Shown here: in pieces, positions 1 through 7,733 of the stretch
Position numbering within the stretch: the stretch's first letter is position 1
Layout of the letters: every line of letters starts with the position of its first letter
Source of the DNA: Promethearchaeota archaeon
Lineage (GTDB): Archaea; Asgardarchaeota; Lokiarchaeia; Sigyniarchaeales; SOKP01
NCBI GenBank assembly: GCA_048938895.1
Contig: JBHLLU010000101.1
Coordinates: forward strand, 1-10,043
DNA length: 10,043 nucleotides
Direction: 5' to 3'
The notes under the pieces: model-generated
Seen by the model: the letters and a program-made list of their open reading frames with translations, nothing else
The model's database searches: none
What the model was told of the DNA's origin: nothing
Translations under genes and position numbers: made by a program

Positions 1-394
1 CATTCTCAAGATCGTCAACATAACAAAATGACTGTGGTGGACTAAAGTTTGGAATAATTTGTTCAGGTTCAATAGGTTTTTTAAAAAATTTAAGTTCAGA
101 AATTTTAATTGCTAAACCTGAGTCTTTACCTTTAAAGTATTTAAAAAAATCAACTTGCTCAATCCCAGATACATCTTTACATTTATTCCATAGATGTTCA
201 GGATGGTCTTCTAAAATCTCTTCAACTAAAAATCTTGCAACGATCTTTTTAATGGGTGAGCTGGAGTAAAAGAAAATTTTTTCTAATTTATCTCGATTTT
301 TTGTATTACAAAGAGATTTACGAAATTCATATCTTTTATTTCCGTTTTTTATCTCTTCTACATATTTTGGATTAATTGAAAGTAAAACGTTCAT
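1..394 (-). CDS. ASCH/PUA-like domain protein (COG4933-like), 3' end runs off the window
   Basis: Not in the ORF track. Manual translation from ATG at 394: MNVLLSINPKYVEEIKNGNKRYEFRKSLCNTKNRDKLEKIFFYSSSPIKKIVARFLVEEILEDHPEHLWNKCKDVSGIEQVDFFKYFKGKDSGLAIKISELKFFKKPIEPEQIIPNFSPPQSFCYVDDLEN... It has LSIxPxY, the ASCH GxKxxExR motif, YxSSPxKKI and the C-terminal PPQSFxY. It overlaps the stop of the upstream gene by 23 nt. Confidence 0.9.
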   Translation of the reverse strand, partial: MNVLLSINPKYVEEIKNGNKRYEFRKSLCNTKNRDKLEKIFFYSSSPIKKIVARFLVEEILEDHPEHLWNKCKDVSGIEQVDFFKYFKGKDSGLAIKISELKFFKKPIEPEQIIPNFSPPQSFCYVDDLEN

Positions 395-1139
395 CAATAC
401 CACCTAAAAATTTTATTCTTTGATAGTTTTCATGCCCAATTTCAGTAATAGACTGAGGAGGTCCACGAAGGATTTTTTCTTTTAATAAAGTTTTATATTG
501 GACAGGATTTTTAAAATGGAAATGATGCATGAATAGTATCACAGTTGTAGATTTTTTAGAAATTTCTTCAATTTCTGTAAAGGAATATACAGTACGTTTC
601 CCAACAATGGAAAGAATTTCTTTTGGGTCAGTCATATCATAACTAATATTTTCTATTATTCCTATAGATAAAATACTTTGAACATCTTCAGAACGATAGA
701 ATAATAGAATATCACCTATCTTCATTTTTTTTGAAGATGAATGACTTAGATATGCTTTTTTGATAGTATTCCCTTCAATTATAAATTGACCTAAATGTTC
801 ATTCATTGTTGTCTGTCTTCCAGAAAAATCTGTGTAAAGACGATTAAAATATAAAGGCTGAATAGGTATTATATATTTTTTTACTTCGTTTCCATCATAA
901 AAATTTGGATAAAATGTTTTACCTATTTCTATAGGAGTTAAATTTTGGATATCTTCTTTTTCGATCTCTAGCTTTTTTAAAAAAACATCTTCAGGAATAT
1001 CTGTCCAATTATGTTTTATGATAGAAACTTTAGTAAATCCATATTCTTCGATTAAATCAACTAAAAAATCATTTTCCTTTATAAAATGTGTTAAATATAT
1101 CTCTGGTATATTATTTTTAATTGCTAATTCAAAGGATAA
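372..1139 (-). pseudogene. 5'-truncated GNAT acetyltransferase / EVE(PUA)-like fusion protein
   Basis: The frame of the 372..806 ORF stays open up to 1139 (in-frame TAA at 1140-1142) with no ATG/GTG/TTG before 806. The extra part reads LSFELAIKNNIPEIYLTHFIKENDFLVDLIEEYGF (GNAT beta5/motif B-like), then FYPNFYDG and KKYIIPIQPLYFNRLYTDF. The called part has GNTIKKAYLSHS...GDILLFYRS...IGIIE...KRTVYS...GPPQSI (EVE/PUA-like). The GNAT acetyl-CoA-binding motif A is absent. The EVE part (372..806) could still be translated alone. Confidence 0.7.
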
Positions 1140-1573
1140 TTAGTATCAGGTTTAATTTGATTTTTCGATATACCCTTTTGATTATAGTATAACTCTTTCT
1201 GGATTTTTTTATGACATTGCTTACAGTCATTACGTAACCCGTCTCTTGCTTTATTATCTTTATAGAAATATCTTCCCGTTGCTAAAAATTCTTTACCGCA
1301 TTTCGTACAGATTTTCGTGGGAGCAAATTGTTCAATAAAGGTATTTAATCGCTCTTGATGAGCTTTAATTTTGGATAGGAGAAAATTCTTTTTCTCTTCA
1401 TTCAAATTATACTTATGTTCAATACAATAGTTTAAATAATATATAGTATCATTGAGAATAACATCTGTAGTTCTAGATAAATCCTGCTTTAGTTCCGTGC
1501 TTACAGTATTTATTGTAATTTTTTTCGTAATTTCAAGTAACTCCAAAAATAGTTTTATGTAAATTAAAGACAT
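1124..1573 (-). CDS. Hypothetical protein with CxxC-x24-CxxC zinc finger of the type seen in phage HNH/endonuclease VII-associated proteins
   Basis: 149 aa, with AGGA shortly upstream of the ATG. KICTKCGKEFLATGRYFYKDNKARDGLRNDCKQC (C89, C92, C117, C120) is followed by a short basic helix. No nuclease domain is visible. The last codons overlap the GNAT remnant out of frame. Confidence 0.6.
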   Translation of the reverse strand: MSLIYIKLFLELLEITKKITINTVSTELKQDLSRTTDVILNDTIYYLNYCIEHKYNLNEEKKNFLLSKIKAHQERLNTFIEQFAPTKICTKCGKEFLATGRYFYKDNKARDGLRNDCKQCHKKIQKELYYNQKGISKNQIKPDTNYPLN

Positions 1574-1844
1574 TTTTTCCTACACTCTTTTTAAATAAAT
1601 TCTCAAACTTTATCCTCTATTTAAAAAGGAGAAGGACATACTGTAACTTTCATGGATTTTTATGTCAAATTTGAGTAAATTAATTTCTTTAGAATAAGAT
1701 TATTAATAAAATTTACTTATTAAAGAGAATATTTTTGCACATATTTTTAGCACTTCATCATCACCGTTTTCATTAGTTATAGGAACAATTTTAGATCTAA
1801 CATCTGCTTGTTTTTTAAATCCTCATCTATATTTTGACCATTTA

Positions 1845-1866
1845 GATAAAGGTATAAATTTTTAAG
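1845..1866. promoter_or_regulatory. Candidate archaeal BRE/TATA element in the divergent intergenic region
   Basis: GATAAAGG-TATAAA on the + strand (TATA at 1853-1858), about 70 nt before the GTG at 1927. The same bases read AAAAA-TTTATA on the - strand. The background is AT-rich, so support is weak. Confidence 0.25.
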
Positions 1867-1926
1867 TGTTCTATGTGTAGAGTACTTACTATCAAATTAT
1901 GAAATAGTGTTAACATTCATTTAAAG

Positions 1927-2862
1927 GTGAAAAAGATTCCCGATAAATTAATGACAATGAAGAACGCGATTGGAAAATTCGTTAATGATGGTGAAATGGT
2001 TTTTCTGGGTGGTTTTGGGAATGGTATTACTTTCTCTGGGCCTCATGAGATGATACGACAAAAGAAACGGAATCTAACTATTTGCAAATGCAGCGGTGGT
2101 CTTGTTTTTGACCAATTAATAGGAGCAGGTGTTACCAATCAAATTATCACCTCACACTGCTGGAATGGTACTGGTCCGCAACCTGCTTGGAATTATAAAC
2201 GCGCAATGGAAGAGGGAATTCCTCAAAAAGTTATTTACAACGAACAATCTTTATTTATGATTAATATGTCGTTTTTTGCTGGATATATGGGAATCCCGTT
2301 TGTACCTATAAAGTCTATTGTAGGAACAAGCATTTATGATACTCCAAAAGAAGTCGGTTTAAAGGCAGCAATTGTAACCTGTCCTTTTACAGGACAGGAG
2401 ATCTGTGTGGTACCTGCTTTAAATCCAAATGTTGGAATTATTCAAGTACAACGAGCTGATAGAGAAGGTAATGCTCAAATGTGGGGATTTATTGGAGATA
2501 CCAAATATGGAATTAATGCTTGTAAGAAGGTTATTGTTGCTGCTGAAGAGATAGTGGAAAAAGAAGTCATAATGGAATCACCTGAACGAACAATTGTAAC
2601 TTCACATAAAGTTGATGCTGTGGTTCACGAACCATGGGGAGGGCATCCTGGAAGTATGCAAGGTTTTTATTACACTGATTTAGAATATCGATACAATTAC
2701 GCGAAAGAAACCAAAACACTCGAAGATTGGGAGAATTGGCTAGAAAAGTGGGTTACCGGAGTAGAGGATAGAAATGGATATCTAAAAGTGCTTGGAGAAG
2801 AAAGAATTAATAAATTAAAAGCTAAACCAATTATTCAGGGGGCAGTAAACTATGGATTCTGA
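1927..2862 (+). CDS. Family I CoA-transferase alpha subunit (glutaconate CoA-transferase GctA-like)
   Basis: 311 aa, GTG start. Motifs: AIGKFVNDGEMVFLGGF, HEMIRQKKRNLT, DQLIGAG, GIPFVP, CPFTG, VPALNPNVGIIQVQRADREGNAQ, VDAVVHEPWGGHP. Overlaps the beta subunit gene by 11 nt. Confidence 0.92.
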   Translation: MKKIPDKLMTMKNAIGKFVNDGEMVFLGGFGNGITFSGPHEMIRQKKRNLTICKCSGGLVFDQLIGAGVTNQIITSHCWNGTGPQPAWNYKRAMEEGIPQKVIYNEQSLFMINMSFFAGYMGIPFVPIKSIVGTSIYDTPKEVGLKAAIVTCPFTGQEICVVPALNPNVGIIQVQRADREGNAQMWGFIGDTKYGINACKKVIVAAEEIVEKEVIMESPERTIVTSHKVDAVVHEPWGGHPGSMQGFYYTDLEYRYNYAKETKTLEDWENWLEKWVTGVEDRNGYLKVLGEERINKLKAKPIIQGAVNYGF

Positions 2863-3691
2863 AGAAGAAAAATACTGTGAAAAGTATACTGGCTATGAGA
2901 TGATGCTTGTTTCAGCCAGTAGACAGGTTAAAAAGGATGATCTTATTTTCAATGCATTTCATTGGCCATTTCTTGTTGTTCACATGGCAAGATTACTTCA
3001 TTATCCTGATCTCTATAATGTAATAGAAATTGGGATAGTACAAGAGAAACTTATCCAACCTACTAAGATGCCCTATTCTATTAGCGATCCAGTGTTAGTT
3101 CCAAACTCTTTATTTGTAGGTGATTCAATTGACGTCTTATCAGTGCTCCAGCGAGGGGAAATAACCTTAGCATTTCTCAGCACTTCTTTAATAGATAAGT
3201 ATGGAAATTGTAATACTACAACAATTGGACCTTATGATAAGCCAATTTATCGATTACCTGGCGGTGGAGGTGCTACGGAGATTGCAGGGTTAGCCAAAAG
3301 GTTAATCTGGCTTTTAGATGAACATAGTAAACGAAGATTTCAAGAAAAATTAGACTACATCACAGATCCGGGATATTTAGAGGGGTACGATAGTAGAACA
3401 AAAGCAGGTTATCCTCCTGATACTGGACCAGAAATGATTATCTCTCCTCTTTGTATTATGCGATTTGATCCTATGACTAAAGAAGCCTATTTGGATGCAC
3501 TACACCCAGGTGTTACAATAGAACAAGTGAAGGAGAATACTGGATGGGAATTAAAGGTTGCAGAAGAAGTGAAGCAAATTAAACCTCCTACTATGAGAGA
3601 AATAGAAATTTGTAGAAAGACTATGAAGGATTCTATTGATCAATTCTACGTCTTAAAGCCAGAATGGACGATCTATATGGATATTGAATAA
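2852..3691 (+). CDS. Family I CoA-transferase beta subunit (GctB-like)
   Basis: 279 aa. Putative catalytic Glu in VIEIG (E59), IDKYGNCNTTTIG, RLPGGGGATEIA, RRFQEKLDYITDPGYL, LHPGVTIEQVKENTGWEL. Confidence 0.92.
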   Translation: MDSEEEKYCEKYTGYEMMLVSASRQVKKDDLIFNAFHWPFLVVHMARLLHYPDLYNVIEIGIVQEKLIQPTKMPYSISDPVLVPNSLFVGDSIDVLSVLQRGEITLAFLSTSLIDKYGNCNTTTIGPYDKPIYRLPGGGGATEIAGLAKRLIWLLDEHSKRRFQEKLDYITDPGYLEGYDSRTKAGYPPDTGPEMIISPLCIMRFDPMTKEAYLDALHPGVTIEQVKENTGWELKVAEEVKQIKPPTMREIEICRKTMKDSIDQFYVLKPEWTIYMDIE

Positions 3692-3702
3692 CTTTTTCTT
3701 TT
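3692..3702 (+). terminator. Possible archaeal oligo-T terminator
   Basis: CTTTTTCTTTT fills the whole 11-nt gap between the convergent stops at 3691 and 3703. Confidence 0.35.
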
Positions 3703-4377
3703 CTATTTTAACTTAAAGCCACAACTTGTACAATAGTTTGGAACTTCATCATCTACGTGAGCACCACATTCTGGACAAAATTTTGTAATGAAACCAGATT
3801 GTTTTGGAGTTGATGGTAAGATGAGGATTCTTTTTTGAGGTGCATTAAATATTATTACCTCTCTTATCTTTACAATATTTTTAAACAATAGATACCCCAC
3901 TCCCGCTATTCCTGCCCCGATAAATGATCCAATTATGCCATAACCAGGAAGTATATACTCCCAAAAACTCATGGAGCTTGGACCAAATTGATATACAAGT
4001 TCTATATTTATAGTCCAAGTTATAGTACTAATAACTATTAAGATTATAGGTGTTAACCAGTTAGTTTTTACCCCAGTATCTTTTTTCATATCCCTTTTGC
4101 AAGTAATTCCCGATGAAATTAAATAAATTGCGCTAAGTCCTATGATTATAGAAAGAATAATAGAAGGAATTAGGATGTAGAGATTATCAGAAAAAGCTGT
4201 ATTGCTGTAATCTCCAACAATGGGATCATAAAATTGAACTGTAAGTAAACCCCACATCCATAAAACAAAGTAAGAATCTGATTCATATAAAGATGCTGCG
4301 GGCGTTGCTAGCGCTATAAGTGAGAGTATCCCTCCAATTAGTGGAAATACCCATATATACCGGTAAGTTTCTTTCAA
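3703..4377 (-). CDS. Multi-pass membrane protein with C-terminal zinc ribbon
   Basis: 224 aa, TTG start, about four long hydrophobic segments. C-terminal FCPECG-...-YCTSCGFKLK (CxxC-x11-CxxC). Confidence 0.8.
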   Translation of the reverse strand: MKETYRYIWVFPLIGGILSLIALATPAASLYESDSYFVLWMWGLLTVQFYDPIVGDYSNTAFSDNLYILIPSIILSIIIGLSAIYLISSGITCKRDMKKDTGVKTNWLTPIILIVISTITWTINIELVYQFGPSSMSFWEYILPGYGIIGSFIGAGIAGVGYLLFKNIVKIREVIIFNAPQKRILILPSTPKQSGFITKFCPECGAHVDDEVPNYCTSCGFKLK

Positions 4378-4614
4378 CTTGATCTTCCAATTAATTTTTC
4401 GAGATATTTAACAGAATGGCAGAACTTTTGTAATATGAATTTATTTTATCTTTCTTGATTGTATTAGAAGTGACATTAATTTTTATATCTAATTAAAATA
4501 TAATTGGTGAATTGGAATATCATAAAACCCTCGATAATTCTAATTTTATAAGTTTTTATACTATTAATGATATTTTAAATAAACTCGATAAAAAATTCTT
4601 GAGAAGAATAAGTT

Positions 4615-5406
4615 ATGGGAAATAAAATTGAATTAAATATAAAAGATAATATTGCTACTTTAAAATTCATTGATCCTGAAAGCATGAATCCTCTTAATAC
4701 AGAATCAGCGAAAGAATTATTAGAATACCTAGAATCTCTTAGAGAAAAAAGCGATGTTAGGTGTATAATAATAACTGGATCAGGTAGAGCATTTTCTGCT
4801 GGTGGAGATGTAAAATTATTCAAATCAAGCATAGAAAATGGTACGTCTAGTAAAGTTATGGATGATTTAACAAAAGATCTTTATAAAATAGCATTAATAT
4901 TACGACTTTATCCAAAACCAATCATTGCAGCGGTAAATGGATGGGCTGTAGGAGCAGGGATGAACCTCGCTTTATCATGTGATTTAATTATTGCTTCGGA
5001 TAAAGCAAAATTTAGACAATCATTTAGTAAATTAGCTCTAATTCCTGGATTTGCGGGATCTATTATTTTGAGTCGTCAACTTACATGGCAACAAGCTTCT
5101 CAGATGGCTTTTTTTGGGGATACTTACTCAGCGGAAGATATGGCTAAACTTGGATTGGTCAATCAAATAGTTTCTCCCGAAAAGTTAGAGGAAATTTCTT
5201 TTCAATGGGCACAAAAACTTGCCAAAGGTCCTACTTTAACCTATGCTCGAACCAAAATGCTCTTCTTTGAAGCGTTAAGTACTCCTTTAAAAGAGCAACT
5301 CGAAAATGAACGTCAGATGCAAATAAAATCAGCTGAAACTGAAGATCATAAAAGAGGTGTTTTTGCATTACTTGAAAAAAAAGAACCTGAGTTTATTGGG
5401 AAATAA
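4615..5406 (+). CDS. Enoyl-CoA hydratase/isomerase (crotonase) family protein, PaaG-like, with atypical active site
   Basis: 263 aa. IIITGSGRAFSAGGD, PKPIIAAVNGWAVGAGMNLALSCD, SAEDMAKLGLVN, C-terminal TEDHKRGVFALLEKKEPEFIGK. Confidence 0.92.
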   Translation: MGNKIELNIKDNIATLKFIDPESMNPLNTESAKELLEYLESLREKSDVRCIIITGSGRAFSAGGDVKLFKSSIENGTSSKVMDDLTKDLYKIALILRLYPKPIIAAVNGWAVGAGMNLALSCDLIIASDKAKFRQSFSKLALIPGFAGSIILSRQLTWQQASQMAFFGDTYSAEDMAKLGLVNQIVSPEKLEEISFQWAQKLAKGPTLTYARTKMLFFEALSTPLKEQLENERQMQIKSAETEDHKRGVFALLEKKEPEFIGK

Positions 5407-5549
5407 TAACTTAAATTTTTGCACAACTAACAGGTTAAATTTGGCTTTTATTGTTATATAAACAATTCCAATAATAAGTATTAAATAATCTTAATTTTAC
5501 TTTATACTATAATATTTATAATATCAGATAATAGGATTTTTAAATAGAA

Positions 5550-6002
5550 ATGTCAGACAGTGAAGATGTTTTAAAGTTTTTTCAAGCTTATATAAAAGAA
5601 ATGATAGATATTGGTGGAGATAATTTACCCAAAGCCATTTCCGTAAAATCGGGTTCAAAATTAGGTAAATTTTATAAAGAAAAGGGATTTCCATTAGATT
5701 TAGAAGTCGTATTAAAACAGTTCTATACTGGTTTGAGAGGAAATCCTACAATAAAAAAAATTGATGAGAATAATTATGAAGTAATTGTAAAATATGCTAA
5801 AAAATTCTGTCCAATTGGAGGGAGTTATAATCCTTCAAGAGGTACTGTTTTTCAAGAAAGTATATGTATTCCCTATACTAAAGGATTTTTAAGTGAAATA
5901 TTTCCTCAAATTACGACTGAAGCTGAATTTATAAACTGTATTCCACTTAATAATAAAAGAACTTGTCACTTTATTTTAAAAGTTAAACAAGCAGCAAAAT
6001 AA
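5550..6002 (+). CDS. Stand-alone V4R / methanogen-output-domain-like small ligand-binding protein
   Basis: 150 aa. N-terminal helices with GxKLG, then four Cys (C87 FCP, C106 ICxPYxxGFL, C130, C139 CHF) in a V4R-like spacing. The CDS is solid and the fold assignment is pattern-based. Confidence 0.6.
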   Translation: MSDSEDVLKFFQAYIKEMIDIGGDNLPKAISVKSGSKLGKFYKEKGFPLDLEVVLKQFYTGLRGNPTIKKIDENNYEVIVKYAKKFCPIGGSYNPSRGTVFQESICIPYTKGFLSEIFPQITTEAEFINCIPLNNKRTCHFILKVKQAAK

Positions 6003-6033
6003 CATTGAATAATATTTAGTTTGAATAATAATT

Positions 6034-6501
6034 TCAAAATGAATAAAACCTGGAAAGTTTAGAAGCTACAAAACAAGGTTTTATTTCACCTTCCACATAA
6101 ATTTTAAAATCAAATTCTACATCGTATGCATCAGTACCTACTTCTTTTACATTAAGAACTGTACCAACTAATCTAATTCGTTTACCTACGGGTGTCGGTG
6201 CGGGAAATCGAATCTTATTCCAGCCATAATTAACTGCCATTCTTGTGTTCACTGATTTATATAATTGTGAAAAAAGCTTTGAATATGCAATAGAAAGTAC
6301 CCAATTACCATGAGCAACTGTAGTTCCATATGGGGATTCTTTTGCTGCTCGGTCTGGATCAGTGTGTATCCATTGATTATCGACGACTAATTGCCCATAT
6401 TGGTTTATTTCCTCCTGAGTAACTTCATACCAATCAGAAGTGCCAAGTTCTTTCCCAACATAATTTTTCCAATCTGATGGACTAATTTCCAATTGAGCCA
6501 T
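6034..6501 (-). CDS. MaoC-family (hot-dog fold, R-specific) enoyl-CoA hydratase/dehydratase
   Basis: VGKELGTSDWYEVTQEEIN, catalytic D-x4-H in DNQWIHTDP, SPYGTTVAHG, VNYGWNKIRFPAPTPVG. I prefer the ATG at 6501 (2 nt after the ACAD stop) over the track's GTG at 6516. Confidence 0.9.
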   Translation of the reverse strand: MAQLEISPSDWKNYVGKELGTSDWYEVTQEEINQYGQLVVDNQWIHTDPDRAAKESPYGTTVAHGNWVLSIAYSKLFSQLYKSVNTRMAVNYGWNKIRFPAPTPVGKRIRLVGTVLNVKEVGTDAYDVEFDFKIYVEGEIKPCFVASKLSRFYSF

Positions 6502-6503
6502 AA

Positions 6504-7733
6504 TTATTTCCCCCACATTCGTATCATTTCTCTTGAAATAAGAAATCTCATTATTTCAGCTGATCCAGCACTAATTTGGCCTATTTTTGCATCTCGATAA
6601 AAGCGCTCCACTGGATATTCTTCAGAGTATCCTAATCCACCAATGACTTGAACAGCTTCTTTGGTGATGCTAACAGCTGCATCTGCGATTCTTGCTTTAA
6701 TCGCAGCTACTGTAGCTCTGCAATAATGAGCTTCATCAAGCATTCGAGCGATTTGTGCTGTCGCAATTCTATGTAATTCCAAATCCATAAACATTTCACT
6801 CAACTTAAAGGAAATACCTTCAAATGAATAAATTGTCTTACCGAATTGTTCACGTTTGTGAGCATATTTATAAGCAACTTCAAATGCACTCCTGGCTAAT
6901 CCAAGATATTGAGATGCTGTGAAAGTTCTTTCTCCATCTAAACCAAAATTTAATACTTCTAATCCTTCATTTTCCTTGTATAATAAGTTTTCAGCTGGAA
7001 CCTTACAGTTGGTAAATTTAAGGTGAGAGTTTGGCATTCCTCTCCTTCCCATATAAGTATAGTTTTTAACAACCTCAAATCCCGGAGTATCTGTTTCAAA
7101 AATAAATGCTGATATCCCTTGTTGTCTTCTTACTTTATCATTGGTTACAGCATACAAAGTAATATAATCGGCGACGCTCCCGTTAGTAATAAAACATTTT
7201 TCTCCATTCAAAATGTAATAATCTCCTTCTCGCTTTGCTCTTAAATTCATTCCACCAACAGCATCCGATCCTCCTGTTGGTTCAGTTATACCTATTGCTC
7301 CTATTTTGGAGCCGTCAGCAATACCACTTAAATATTTCTTTTTTTGGTCCGGGGTTCCATATTCAATTACAGGTGCAGCAAATAAGCATGATGAAGCACC
7401 AAAAATGGTTGCCGTAGCATAATTAAAGGCAGTCAATTCTTCCCCAAAAATCACGCGATACAAAACCCCTTTACCTAATCCTCCAATTTCTTCTGGGATT
7501 AATATGTTTAAGTAAGGTTTCATCTTTCTTAAGGTCTCAACGGCAAGATCTGTATTTCTTTCTCTGTCTATTTTATCAGCTACAGGTTCAACGTTGTCTT
7601 GACACCAATTGCGAACTTCCATTCGAAAATCATTTTCTTCTTTAGAGAAATAGTGTAATCTATCAGGCATACATGAATATCCATATTTAAAATCTAAATC
7701 TTTAAAAAGTACTTGACCTCCCATTATAATCAT
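6504..7733 (-). CDS. Acyl-CoA dehydrogenase, isovaleryl-CoA dehydrogenase-type active site
   Basis: 409 aa (alternative ATG at 7724). GITEPTGGSD, LNGEKCFITNG, GLDGER, REQFGK, VQVIGGLGYSEEYPVERFYRDAK, ISAGSAEI. Confidence 0.93.
   Translation of the reverse strand: MIIMGGQVLFKDLDFKYGYSCMPDRLHYFSKEENDFRMEVRNWCQDNVEPVADKIDRERNTDLAVETLRKMKPYLNILIPEEIGGLGKGVLYRVIFGEELTAFNYATATIFGASSCLFAAPVIEYGTPDQKKKYLSGIADGSKIGAIGITEPTGGSDAVGGMNLRAKREGDYYILNGEKCFITNGSVADYITLYAVTNDKVRRQQGISAFIFETDTPGFEVVKNYTYMGRRGMPNSHLKFTNCKVPAENLLYKENEGLEVLNFGLDGERTFTASQYLGLARSAFEVAYKYAHKREQFGKTIYSFEGISFKLSEMFMDLELHRIATAQIARMLDEAHYCRATVAAIKARIADAAVSITKEAVQVIGGLGYSEEYPVERFYRDAKIGQISAGSAEIMRFLISREMIRMWGK

Noticed and set aside
1124-1142. 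Programmed -1 frameshift fusing the zinc-finger ORF to the GNAT-EVE frame
   Set aside because: The frames are in a -1 relationship, but the overlap (AAT TAT CCT TTG AAT TAG) has no slippery heptamer, and the fusion would still lack GNAT motif A.
1823-1825. In-frame TGA read as selenocysteine
   Set aside because: No upstream start codon, no redox motif context and no SECIS-like hairpin evident.
1791-1920. Short palindromes TTAGATCTAA (1791-1800) and TGTTAACA (1908-1915) as operators
   Set aside because: Short, AT-rich and expected by chance. I did not see them repeated in the other intergenic regions.
4575-4832. 85-aa minus-strand ORF from the track
   Set aside because: Antisense shadow of the well-supported crotonase gene, with no recognisable motifs.
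6502-6516. GTG start at 6516 for the MaoC gene
   Set aside because: It overlaps the ACAD end. The ATG at 6501, 2 nt after the ACAD stop, is more parsimonious.
7235-7417. 60-aa plus-strand ORF from the track
   Set aside because: Lies wholly antisense within the acyl-CoA dehydrogenase, has a TTG start and shows no motif.
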